Of a stretch of DNA of 64,000 nt, positions 55,251-64,000 are shown piece after piece. Position numbers and translations under genes: made by a program. Numbering within the stretch: the stretch's first letter is position 1; each line of letters starts with the position of its first letter. Below the pieces are notes generated by a model. The model made no database searches. It was not told the DNA's origin and worked only from the letters and a program-made list of their open reading frames with translations. Source of the DNA: a virus (Duplodnaviria; Caudoviricetes); IMG/VR virus record IMGVR_UViG_3300020187_001966. The stretch is one strand, 5' to 3'.

Positions 55251-57662
55251 ATGAGTGAAAAATATTACACATTAGGAACACATACTACTGAGCAATGGAC
55301 TGAATTGCATGCCGAACTTATTGCAGACGGAAACACATATGAAAGTGTGCCAGCTAGAGAAGTTACAGTAGAAGATGATAAATTACACAGTCCAACACGT
55401 GGTAGTTACTTACTTACACTAGAAGAAGCAACTGCATTACAAGGCGATGGACGTGTAAAATTTATCAATGAAAGTCCTGAAAAGTATCCTGAAACATATA
55501 TGCCATCGTGGGAAGATTTACATTGTGCAACTAACAATACACTAACTGACAGATGGGCAGATCCATATAACAATTATCAAATGTGGACTGTTGGTAGTAG
55601 TAGTGTACAAAGCAACTTTCTAAATGCAGAACCATCGCTAAACCGTACAACAGCATTATACAGAATGCAAACAAAACAAAATCCTTGGAAAACAAGTAGT
55701 ACCGCAGAAAATGTTGCTATCAATGCTACAGTAGCACAAGTTGGCGCAGGAGAAAACGTTGATATTATTTGTGCTGATAATGCTAGTTGGATTGGACATA
55801 CAGAATTTATCAACAGTGGTGTTACAAACGCAGTGAATCCGAGTGACTATGAAGGTGGCAATGTGCTTCCTGGAAATGGTATTTGTGATTGTTTAGATTT
55901 AGTATTAGACGCTCCGTATTATATTGACCCAGATTGGTTTAATGAAACCCCTACAACTTTTACTAGAGTATTATATGCGACTCCAATTCAAACTAGTGAT
56001 TATACAGTATATAGTGGACAAGATCGTGATGGTGCTAATGGTGGCGGACCTGATTATCCTATTACTATATATGTAGGCGATACATTAAGACTAACTAATA
56101 CAAGTCCATCTGGATCTCATCCTTTATATATTAAAACTGCCCAAACTACTGGTACAGGCGACCAAGCACCAAATACTACTGGGCAAGGAGCCATAAACGG
56201 ACAAACTGTTACTTTTTCACCAACTGAAGCAGGAACATATTATTATCAGTGTAGTTCTCATGGACCAATGGGCGGAACTATTACTGTTGAGCAAGGTGCC
56301 AAAATTGAAAAACGTTGGGACGGAACTATTGTTCCAAAAGAGGCAGATGCAAGACTATGGTGGCAAAGTACTGGTTTCCGAAGCGCAGAATTTGCACCTT
56401 TTGGCAATATTCCAGTTAGTAGCAGTTATACTAGAAATGCGTCTAATGGTAGTAATACGACATTTCCTACTAGTGGCACACACGGAACACAGTGCGCCAG
56501 TTTAATATTTGGACGTACACATGGTTGGGCATATAATGCTAACAAGTGGATCTTAAATTTATACGGCACAGGTAACCCAGGTAGTATGGAAATTGGTTTT
56601 GATTTACAAAAAGTATTTCATCAGTATAAACCAGTAAACCCAACATACGGAACAAAAGATCCAACAATGAGTTCAAACAGTTGGGGATATAGATCAAGTA
56701 CTAAAGGTGGTAGCCATTACTATTGGAGAACAGACTCACCAGTTGCGTATAGCGGAACAGCTTTTGAGCCAGGATTTATTAGTTGGTTAGGCGCAACTGG
56801 AGATAGTGGTCGTTGGAAAAGTGAAATGTATGACAATAGTATGACAGCGGCTGGCGACGAACTTACACAAGCAGGTGTAATTATGGTTTGTGCCGCAGGA
56901 AATAGTAACCAACCACAATATAATCCAGATCATCCAAATTATGATAACCGTATTAGTAACAACGATACCAATACATTCTATCAAGATACATTTGATGAGT
57001 TTGGATTTAACGTAACAGGATCAACAAACAGACGAGGCTTTCCTCAACATATTGGTAAAACAGAAAGCCAAACTTTACAAGGTAATACTACAGTTAAGTT
57101 TCCAGCAATTAATATTGGCGCACTAGATGACGATATGACTGGAAGTTACACTCAAGATAGAAAAGTAAATTACAGCGACATGGGTAACGCAATTGATTTG
57201 TATGCTCCAGCAGACGGAACATTAGCCGCAACAGAAGGCACATATGGAGTTGATGTTTTTAGAACTGATGATAGTTATTCTGGGTTAACAGCTATTTCTA
57301 GGTGTAGAGATACACGCTTTAGTGGTACTAGTGCCGCATGTCCTGTCGCATGTGGATTCTTAGCACTTGTAATGCAGTATAATAGAGGCTGGACATATGA
57401 CGATCTTCGAAATTGGATACAAAATAATCTAGAAGAACAGCCAACAGCAGATATGTACGAAGGTGTCGAAGTTACAAGTCCTACAGCGAGTTGGAGTAGT
57501 GATTATAATGCCCTACAAGGTAGTCCACGTAGAATATTATATCAAGCAACCATTCCAGTAAGTACTGCATACCCAAGTGGTGGTGGAGGCGCTGCAGCAG
57601 CGCCAACTGTTGGGTTGTCAGGGCCAATAGTACTATCTGGTATTTCAATAATTAGAACTTGA
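55251..57662 (+). CDS. S8 subtilisin-like serine peptidase with an inserted cupredoxin-like domain
   Basis: Catalytic D (VDIICAD), H (THGTQCAS), oxyanion N (AAGNS), S (GTSAACP); insert SHPL...YYQCSSHGPMGG. Confidence 0.85.
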   Translation: MSEKYYTLGTHTTEQWTELHAELIADGNTYESVPAREVTVEDDKLHSPTRGSYLLTLEEATALQGDGRVKFINESPEKYPETYMPSWEDLHCATNNTLTDRWADPYNNYQMWTVGSSSVQSNFLNAEPSLNRTTALYRMQTKQNPWKTSSTAENVAINATVAQVGAGENVDIICADNASWIGHTEFINSGVTNAVNPSDYEGGNVLPGNGICDCLDLVLDAPYYIDPDWFNETPTTFTRVLYATPIQTSDYTVYSGQDRDGANGGGPDYPITIYVGDTLRLTNTSPSGSHPLYIKTAQTTGTGDQAPNTTGQGAINGQTVTFSPTEAGTYYYQCSSHGPMGGTITVEQGAKIEKRWDGTIVPKEADARLWWQSTGFRSAEFAPFGNIPVSSSYTRNASNGSNTTFPTSGTHGTQCASLIFGRTHGWAYNANKWILNLYGTGNPGSMEIGFDLQKVFHQYKPVNPTYGTKDPTMSSNSWGYRSSTKGGSHYYWRTDSPVAYSGTAFEPGFISWLGATGDSGRWKSEMYDNSMTAAGDELTQAGVIMVCAAGNSNQPQYNPDHPNYDNRISNNDTNTFYQDTFDEFGFNVTGSTNRRGFPQHIGKTESQTLQGNTTVKFPAINIGALDDDMTGSYTQDRKVNYSDMGNAIDLYAPADGTLAATEGTYGVDVFRTDDSYSGLTAISRCRDTRFSGTSAACPVACGFLALVMQYNRGWTYDDLRNWIQNNLEEQPTADMYEGVEVTSPTASWSSDYNALQGSPRRILYQATIPVSTAYPSGGGGAAAAPTVGLSGPIVLSGISIIRT

Positions 57663-57687
57663 CGCAGAACTTAACTTATGTTAGAAT
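57659..57687 (+). promoter_or_regulatory. Sigma70-like promoter for heme oxygenase
   Basis: TTGACG, 17 nt, TG-n-TAGAAT, 7 nt before the ATG. Confidence 0.65.
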
Positions 57688-57693
57688 TATATT

Positions 57694-58227
57694 ATGAGCA
57701 ACCTTAAACAACTAACAATGGATCATCACAGGTCTGCGGAACGATGTGGATTCGTTAAAGTTCTGATGAGTGGAAGTATAAATCCAGTCGTGTACGGAAC
57801 ATTTTTATTAAATCAATATCACAAGTATAGCGCACTAGAATCTCTTGCTCTCGACCGTGGACTTCTTGAAGGTATTGAGTCAATACAACGTGCTGAAAAA
57901 ATATTAGCAGACGCAACTGAACTGCTATTACATAATAATATTGATCTATTAGAAAGCACATCTGAGTATGTTACCCATATTCAAACACTGAACGATCATG
58001 ATCTTTTTGCACACATTTATGTACACCATATGGGAGATCTAAGTGGTGGACAAATGATTAGAAAACGTGTACCAGGTGCTTGTACAATGTACGACTTTGA
58101 TGGAGATGTAAGCGAAATCAAAGATCAAATACGTAGTCGATGTAAAGACTCTATGGCACAAGAAGCTAAAATGTGCTTTGATTTTGCTATAAAACAGTTT
58201 AACGAAATGACTCAACTCACCGCATAA
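57694..58227 (+). CDS. ho1: Heme oxygenase (biliverdin-producing family)
   Basis: LKQLTMDHHRSAE (proximal His helix) and AHIYVHHMGDLSGGQ (distal helix signature). Confidence 0.88.
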   Translation: MSNLKQLTMDHHRSAERCGFVKVLMSGSINPVVYGTFLLNQYHKYSALESLALDRGLLEGIESIQRAEKILADATELLLHNNIDLLESTSEYVTHIQTLNDHDLFAHIYVHHMGDLSGGQMIRKRVPGACTMYDFDGDVSEIKDQIRSRCKDSMAQEAKMCFDFAIKQFNEMTQLTA

Positions 58228-58230
58228 ATA
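58223..58230 (+). promoter_or_regulatory. Late-promoter variant
   Basis: CATAAATA 26 nt upstream of ATG 58256. Confidence 0.55.
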
Positions 58231-58255
58231 CATTAAAGTATTGTGAGAGAGTTAC

Positions 58256-61200
58256 ATGGCCATAAATTTTGATCATCAACGGGATAGAATTAGCTCTAGT
58301 AGTCAGAGCATAACAGTAAATACAACTGGCGCATTTACGATCCCAGTTGGTAATACAGCGCAACGACCGACAGCTGCAAGCGGTCAAATTAGATTTAACA
58401 GTCAACAACAAAGTTTTGAAGGGTACAACGGCGCAGGCTGGAGTACACTTGGTGGCGTGCGTGATGTTGACGGAAATACATATGTTATTGCTGAAACTGG
58501 ACCAGGTGTTAATAATAACGAACTAGATTTTTATACTGATGGTACACAACGTTTTCAAATTGGTGCTACTGGTGATTTTAAATTTGGTGATACGCTTGCT
58601 GAAGTAACCATTTCGGGTGCTACTGGTAATACAAGTATTGGCGGTACGCTTAGTGTTACTGGTATAGCAAACTTAAACGATACAACTGATTCAACAACTA
58701 CTACAGACGGTGCTCTTATTGTAGCCGGTGGTGTTGGCATTGCTAAGAAACTTTTTGTTGGTACTGATTTAGATGTTGCGGGTAATGTACAAATTGATGG
58801 TACATTAACAGTTGATGGGATTGCTACACTAAAAGCAGGTTCAAGCGGAACTATTGCTGTTGGTGATGATGCCACAGATAATGTTGTGTTTAATGCTGAT
58901 ATTAATAGTGACTTTGTACCAGAAGGAAACGGCACATACAGTTTAGGTTCATTAACACAAAATTGGAACAAAGCATTTTTAAGAACACTTGATAGTGATA
59001 CTGATATTATTACTGTTGATATTAATGGTGCTCTTGTACTTCCAGTTGGCACAATATTAGAACGTCCAGCTACAGCGGCGCAAGGTATGATCCGCTACAA
59101 CAGTGAAGATACTACCTTTGAAGGTTATGATGGCACAGCATGGGGTTCACTTGGTGGAGTTAAAGATGTTGATCAAGACACTTACATTAGTGCCGAGACA
59201 GCACCAGGCGACGACAACGATGAACTAGATTTTTATACTGGTGGTGTAGAGCGTATGTCTATTGGCGCTACTGGACAAATTACAGCGGCTGCAGGATACA
59301 CACCAACTAACCCACAAGACTTAATTACAAAAGACTTTGCTGAAAATAATATACAAGCAACAGCAGGTACGCCAACAGATAGTAGTTGGCAGGACGGAGC
59401 ATACTTGGGATTCACAGACGCAGACAAAGTAGCAGACGTATTAGACGAACTTAATGAATCATTAGAAAATGTACGTAACAATACATTTGTGCGTAGTGTA
59501 ACATTTACCGGAACACCAACAAGTGGCGGTGCTGGAACGTCAGTAACACTTAACTTAGTAGTTGACGGAACCGCAAATCGTTATGATATTGATTGGGGAG
59601 ACGGTAGTACAACTACAGCAACTTCAGATAATACACCAAGTCATACATATACAAGTAATACTGGAAGTCCTTACACTGTGGTTGTTAGAGCATACAATAA
59701 CGGTGCTATTGTTGGCAGTGCTGGTAGCGAAGCAAGTTCAACAAGAACAGATTATATTATTATATACACAGCAAACCCAGTTGCGGCATTTGAATTGTAT
59801 AGAGCATCGTCAGGCGGAAATGCGTTAATTGCTACTGATTTATATGTTATAGAAGGTAATGATTTACACATGCGTAATATTACTACTAATACTACTATGG
59901 CAGATGTAACTTATACTATGAATTGGGGAGACGGAACTGCTGCTGATAACATAGCAAGTGATTCAGCAGCCGGTGGTGTTTCTGGAGCTAGACTAGCACA
60001 TACTTGGGGAGCAGGTACAGCATCTGGTACAGGTAGAGATACGGTAACATTAACATTAGCAACACATACAACTGCTGATCCAGCAGAAATACCAGTTAAT
60101 GATACACTAAACTTAAAAGTATATGATCCTAATATTGCTACACCAAATGGATTGAATACAAAAACTATTGCGTTTGCTAACGATGAAGGACTTAGTCCAA
60201 AACTAGCAAGTGGAGCCACAGATGAAACTGGCAGTAGTTCATTAACAGCTGGTAACGATGTTGACTTAACAAACAATACAACTGGGCAACTTGAAACAAC
60301 AGTAATTAGTACATATGCTTATAACGCAAATAGCGGAACACTTGACGCTAAAATAAACGGTTCCGTAGCTGGATCAAGAGTACTTACTGGTGGTAATGAT
60401 AGTGGAACATATTTCGATCTTGTAATTACAGATGAAGAAGATTATAACTTATTAAACGCAGGCGGTAGTGCTACTAGCTTTAACAGTAGTATATACCATC
60501 CTGGATTGTATTGGGGATTTAAAGCAAAACTTAGTGTTGCTGCTGGTGCGATTCTTAAAGGTATTAACAGTTTCCAACTTAGCCACAGTACAACAGGTGA
60601 CACTAACACTGTTGAATTTGTAAAAGATGATATTACAAGTGTACCTACAGTTACAGCAGGTACAGTATCAGAAAATAACGCAGGAACATACAGATATATT
60701 TCAGGCATACCTTACTATAACAGTGGTAGCCCATCACTTACGCTAAGTGGTGTTACTGTAGACAGCTTTATTGGACAAGCATATAGAAATACAACAAGTG
60801 TTGTCAATGTTACTAGTGGTACTAATTTAGAAGGTACATCACAAAGTTCAATTGGTAATCAACATTATACATATGCGCAAATTAACGGAACTTCATCGTT
60901 CTTAACAGGCGGAATTCCAAATGCTGATACTGGTAACGGTGTTCCTTATACACTTGGTGATTTGACTGTATACATTACTAATAGCAATGTTAGAACTGTT
61001 GAAAACATTAGACATAGAACAAACAATATCTATGGCGCAAGTTCATATCAAACACCATCAGAAATAATTCAAGTACATACAGCAGGTCAATCTAATATTA
61101 GTGAACAAGCAATTGATGTTAGTAGTAGTTTAGGATCAACGTACACTGATGACGCAGTACGTGTATTTGACTTTAGTGCTGATACAACAAATAATCCTAC

Positions 61201-61756
61201 AATTCCAGCGGCAACAAATTTTTATACAAACAGTGTTTACTCTGAAGCATCAGATCCTGGTGTAGTAGGCACAAAAGAAGCAACAATAAGACTAGGTGTA
61301 TTAGAACACAACGTTAACGACTACAGTACTGGTCATCTTCCAGTAGGTCCAGACAGAAGTGGAGATACTGGAACACAGTACATTACTATTGCGTTCCGTA
61401 GAACAGTTGTTGCTAACTTTAATATCAATATAACAAGTAGTACTGGTGTAAGCGGCGTTTGGATAGCCGCTCCTGGTACAACTATAGATAACACAAGTAC
61501 AATTAACGGATGGTTAGAATGTGGAACACAGTATGGAGGTGCTGGTGTTCCAGGTGCTAATACAGGAAACGGTGGTAACGGCAGTAACGGGTGCGCAAGC
61601 ACTGGTGGGGATATTATTGCTAGTAACACTGCTTTAAGTGGATCTTACACAATGACATTGGGTACAGAAAACTTAACTAATGCGACAAATAATGTAGCAT
61701 TGGTACGTTTTGCTCTAGCAGCTAATCAAAACGTAACAGCATTGAGTATAACATAA
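58256..61756 (+). CDS. Large virion structural/fibre protein with PKD-like domains
   Basis: Two PVG..RP...G.IR+N...FEGY+G..W modules; YDIDWGDGS and YTMNWGDGT PKD-type motifs. Confidence 0.75.
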   Translation: MAINFDHQRDRISSSSQSITVNTTGAFTIPVGNTAQRPTAASGQIRFNSQQQSFEGYNGAGWSTLGGVRDVDGNTYVIAETGPGVNNNELDFYTDGTQRFQIGATGDFKFGDTLAEVTISGATGNTSIGGTLSVTGIANLNDTTDSTTTTDGALIVAGGVGIAKKLFVGTDLDVAGNVQIDGTLTVDGIATLKAGSSGTIAVGDDATDNVVFNADINSDFVPEGNGTYSLGSLTQNWNKAFLRTLDSDTDIITVDINGALVLPVGTILERPATAAQGMIRYNSEDTTFEGYDGTAWGSLGGVKDVDQDTYISAETAPGDDNDELDFYTGGVERMSIGATGQITAAAGYTPTNPQDLITKDFAENNIQATAGTPTDSSWQDGAYLGFTDADKVADVLDELNESLENVRNNTFVRSVTFTGTPTSGGAGTSVTLNLVVDGTANRYDIDWGDGSTTTATSDNTPSHTYTSNTGSPYTVVVRAYNNGAIVGSAGSEASSTRTDYIIIYTANPVAAFELYRASSGGNALIATDLYVIEGNDLHMRNITTNTTMADVTYTMNWGDGTAADNIASDSAAGGVSGARLAHTWGAGTASGTGRDTVTLTLATHTTADPAEIPVNDTLNLKVYDPNIATPNGLNTKTIAFANDEGLSPKLASGATDETGSSSLTAGNDVDLTNNTTGQLETTVISTYAYNANSGTLDAKINGSVAGSRVLTGGNDSGTYFDLVITDEEDYNLLNAGGSATSFNSSIYHPGLYWGFKAKLSVAAGAILKGINSFQLSHSTTGDTNTVEFVKDDITSVPTVTAGTVSENNAGTYRYISGIPYYNSGSPSLTLSGVTVDSFIGQAYRNTTSVVNVTSGTNLEGTSQSSIGNQHYTYAQINGTSSFLTGGIPNADTGNGVPYTLGDLTVYITNSNVRTVENIRHRTNNIYGASSYQTPSEIIQVHTAGQSNISEQAIDVSSSLGSTYTDDAVRVFDFSADTTNNPTIPAATNFYTNSVYSEASDPGVVGTKEATIRLGVLEHNVNDYSTGHLPVGPDRSGDTGTQYITIAFRRTVVANFNINITSSTGVSGVWIAAPGTTIDNTSTINGWLECGTQYGGAGVPGANTGNGGNGSNGCASTGGDIIASNTALSGSYTMTLGTENLTNATNNVALVRFALAANQNVTALSIT

Positions 61757-61765
61757 GGGTGAGAG

Positions 61766-63541
61766 ATGGCTATTAACGAATCGCAAAAAGTAGACTGGCT
61801 TTGGAAGAAGCTAGGTTACGGCGTAGCAAAAACAGATGTAAACAGTGTCAAAGCAGCAACTAACGAAAGCATTGCCAGTCCTTTACTAATACGTGGCGAT
61901 AACATTTGGCAAGATGCTTCTCAAATTCCTGCAACTAAACCTTCATCCTCAAGTACAATTGTAGAACTTTATGACGATAGCGGTAACGGTACTTCAACTG
62001 TTACTACAGCACCAGATGCCACAGCTACTCCAAACCGTACATGGAAAACAAACTTAACAGATTGGATTCCAGTAGAATTTGGTTCAACTTATCTAGTAAA
62101 AGTTTATATGGATAACACAGGTGCCGCCGCCCCACAAACAACTGGTACACAACTATTTGCCGCTGGTAGTGGTAATAATGATGAATGGTATTTTGATTAC
62201 CAAAGTGGTGTGCTTAACTTTATTGGTGACAACTTACCAAGTGGCATCAGTGGAAAAACGATTTATGTTGTTGGCGCACGTTTTGTTGGTAACAAAGGTA
62301 CAAACTTATCAAGTGCCAACATTGGTAACCTTACATTTAATGGAAATACAATTGGTGTTAGTAATGCCAATGGCGACATTATACTAGATCCAGATGGAAC
62401 AGGTAAACTATCAGTACTAGCAGACAATGTAACTATTACAGGTGATGGCGCATTAACACTACCAGTTGGTACTACAGCAGAACGCCCAACACCAAACGCA
62501 CAAGGTATGATCCGTTATAATACAACAGACAGTACATTTGAAGGATACGATGGTGCTAACTGGGGATCACTAGGCGGTGTTAAAGACGTTGATCAAGACA
62601 CATATATTTTAGCAGAGTCAAGCGCAGGTGCTGATAATGACCAACTAGACTTTTATACTGCTGGCACACAACGTTTTCAAATTGGAGCAACTGGTGATTT
62701 TAAGTTTGGTGACACCCTCACTGAAGTAACTATTGCTGGGGCAACTGGTGATACTGTAATTGGTGGCACACTTAACGCTAGCGAAACAACACTAGCAAGT
62801 GCTACAGTAAGTGATTTGACTGCTACTCGAGTTGTCATTGCTGGCACTGCTGGTGCTGTTGAGGATAGTGCTAACCTAACATTTAATGGTTCAATATTAG
62901 CTGTTACAGGCGCCGCTACCATAAGCACAACATTAGGTGTAACTGGGATAGCAAGTTTAGATGGCGGCATTGAAGTAAGAAATACCGCTAATAACGGCGA
63001 AGCATTTACTGTTGCTGTTGGCACTGGCAATACTGTTATTGCTGGTACTGTTGCTGCAAATAGTACAGGCGACTCGTTAACTGTAGCAGATACATTACGC
63101 ATAGCACAAACTGGATCAGGTTTGCGCATGACAAATGTTGGCGGCTTTGACAATGACGGAAGCGACAACTTTAGAGTATTTGGTACAAACGATTTAATAT
63201 TAGCAGCTAATGGTGATAGCGGCACAGCAATTACAATCGACGCAGCTAATCAAAATGTCGAGATTACAAATGACCTAGTAGTAACTGGTGACTTAACAGT
63301 TAGTGGTACAACTACCTACATCAATACTACAACGTTAAACATTGGCGATAATATTATTACACTTAACGCTGATATTACTAATCTTACTGCTCCAACTGAG
63401 AACGCAGGCATTGAAGTTTTACGTGGGACTGGCATAAAGAAATCATTTATATGGGATGAAACAGCAGATAACTGGACTGCTGGTACTGATACTATTATTG
63501 CAGGAACCTTTGAAGGTTCAATAGACGGCGGAACTTTCTAA
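61766..63541 (+). CDS. Virion structural/fibre protein
   Basis: Shares the GMIRYN...LGGVKDVDQDTY module with 58256..61756; C-terminal IGDNIITLN...AGIEV..G...WDET motif. Confidence 0.75.
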   Translation: MAINESQKVDWLWKKLGYGVAKTDVNSVKAATNESIASPLLIRGDNIWQDASQIPATKPSSSSTIVELYDDSGNGTSTVTTAPDATATPNRTWKTNLTDWIPVEFGSTYLVKVYMDNTGAAAPQTTGTQLFAAGSGNNDEWYFDYQSGVLNFIGDNLPSGISGKTIYVVGARFVGNKGTNLSSANIGNLTFNGNTIGVSNANGDIILDPDGTGKLSVLADNVTITGDGALTLPVGTTAERPTPNAQGMIRYNTTDSTFEGYDGANWGSLGGVKDVDQDTYILAESSAGADNDQLDFYTAGTQRFQIGATGDFKFGDTLTEVTIAGATGDTVIGGTLNASETTLASATVSDLTATRVVIAGTAGAVEDSANLTFNGSILAVTGAATISTTLGVTGIASLDGGIEVRNTANNGEAFTVAVGTGNTVIAGTVAANSTGDSLTVADTLRIAQTGSGLRMTNVGGFDNDGSDNFRVFGTNDLILAANGDSGTAITIDAANQNVEITNDLVVTGDLTVSGTTTYINTTTLNIGDNIITLNADITNLTAPTENAGIEVLRGTGIKKSFIWDETADNWTAGTDTIIAGTFEGSIDGGTF

Positions 63542-63549
63542 CATAAATA
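63542..63549 (+). promoter_or_regulatory. Late-promoter variant
   Basis: CATAAATA in the intergenic gap before 63615. Confidence 0.5.
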
Positions 63550-63614
63550 TAAGTAGAACAGAGTTATATAACTCTTTATACCGGTTTTTATAACCAAGTT
63601 AGAAGGTGAGACAT

Positions 63615-64000
63615 ATGTCGACTATTAAGTTACGTAGAAGTGCGGTTGCTGGCCGGTTACCTACAACATCACAGTTAGACTTAGGTGAAGTAGCAATCAA
63701 CACCCACGATGGTGTTATGTACTTTAAAATGGATAATGGTACTGAAAGCATTGTTGAAGTTGGTCGTCCAGATTCAGCAGCAAATGTTTTATATGTTAAA
63801 AAAGATGGCGACGACACACTAGCCGGAGATACAATTAGCACAGCGTTTGCTACACTTGATGCCGCAGTACTTGTTGCTGGAGCAAGTGATACAATATTCC
63901 TTAAATCAGGTGATCACACTGTACAAAATCCACTAGAAATCCCCGCAGGTGTTACTATTATTGGTGACAACTTGCGTAGTACTACAATACGTGGCGCAAC
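63615..64000 (+). CDS. Tail fibre/spike protein, partial (runs off the right edge)
   Basis: Not in the track. MSTIKLRRSAVAGRLPTTSQLDLGEVAINTHDG (Mtd-N-like) then VLYVKKDGDD...TIFLKSG...IIGDNLRST (beta-helix cap). Confidence 0.75.
   Translation, partial: MSTIKLRRSAVAGRLPTTSQLDLGEVAINTHDGVMYFKMDNGTESIVEVGRPDSAANVLYVKKDGDDTLAGDTISTAFATLDAAVLVAGASDTIFLKSGDHTVQNPLEIPAGVTIIGDNLRSTTIRGA

Noticed and set aside
63560-63576. Small palindrome AGAGTT-ATAT-AACTCT before the last fibre gene
   Set aside because: A 6-bp AT-rich stem without a clear U-tract; could arise by chance, so function is unsupported.
1-64000. Stop-codon reassignment (alternative genetic code)
   Set aside because: Genes tile densely under the standard code and end in TAA, TGA and TAG; no suppressor tRNA; tRNA-Trp has the normal CCA anticodon.
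54585-64000. Diversity-generating retroelement acting on the Mtd-like fibre genes
   Set aside because: No reverse transcriptase in the window, and repeat copies differ mainly at synonymous positions rather than specifically at adenines.

Overview
The window is a 64 kb segment of a large, AT-rich T4-like (myovirus/jumbo-type) phage genome using the standard genetic code. No rRNA, CRISPR array or IS element is supported. From left to right: (1) 1-14.4 kb, minus strand: a tightly coupled operon for NDP-sugar biosynthesis and glycosylation (DegT aminotransferase, cupin, UDP-sugar dehydrogenase, TylF O-methyltransferase, redoxin, epimerase, three radical SAM enzymes with N-terminal SPASM/twitch-like domains, three glycosyltransferase-like genes). 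(2) 14.4-38.5 kb, minus strand: baseplate module (3589-aa giant protein, gp6, gp25, degenerate lysozyme, gp5-like, hub with a C-terminal M15-like peptidase, gp53) plus a HIGH-motif nucleotidyltransferase. (3) 38.6-44.0 kb, plus strand: gp55 late sigma factor, gp47/gp46, PMM-like HAD enzyme and a stand-alone GIY-YIG nuclease, followed by about 440 nt of structured non-coding DNA. (4) A gp26-like/tail chaperone gene with an apparent programmed -1 frameshift, divergent from a tape-measure-like gene. (5) Head module: gp20, core proteins, gp21, gp22, gp23. (6) A non-coding island with a ~200-nt structured RNA, a 19-codon ORF, a kissing-loop RNA, tRNA-Trp and an A73-type tRNA-His. (7) Fibre and virion genes, a subtilase with an inserted cupredoxin-like domain, and a heme oxygenase. 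The best candidates for undescribed biology are the three unannotated structured RNAs (especially the one abutting the GIY-YIG gene), the frameshift, and the triple radical-SAM glycan operon. All family assignments come from motif recognition by eye and all RNA structures were paired by hand; no searches or folding programs were run.
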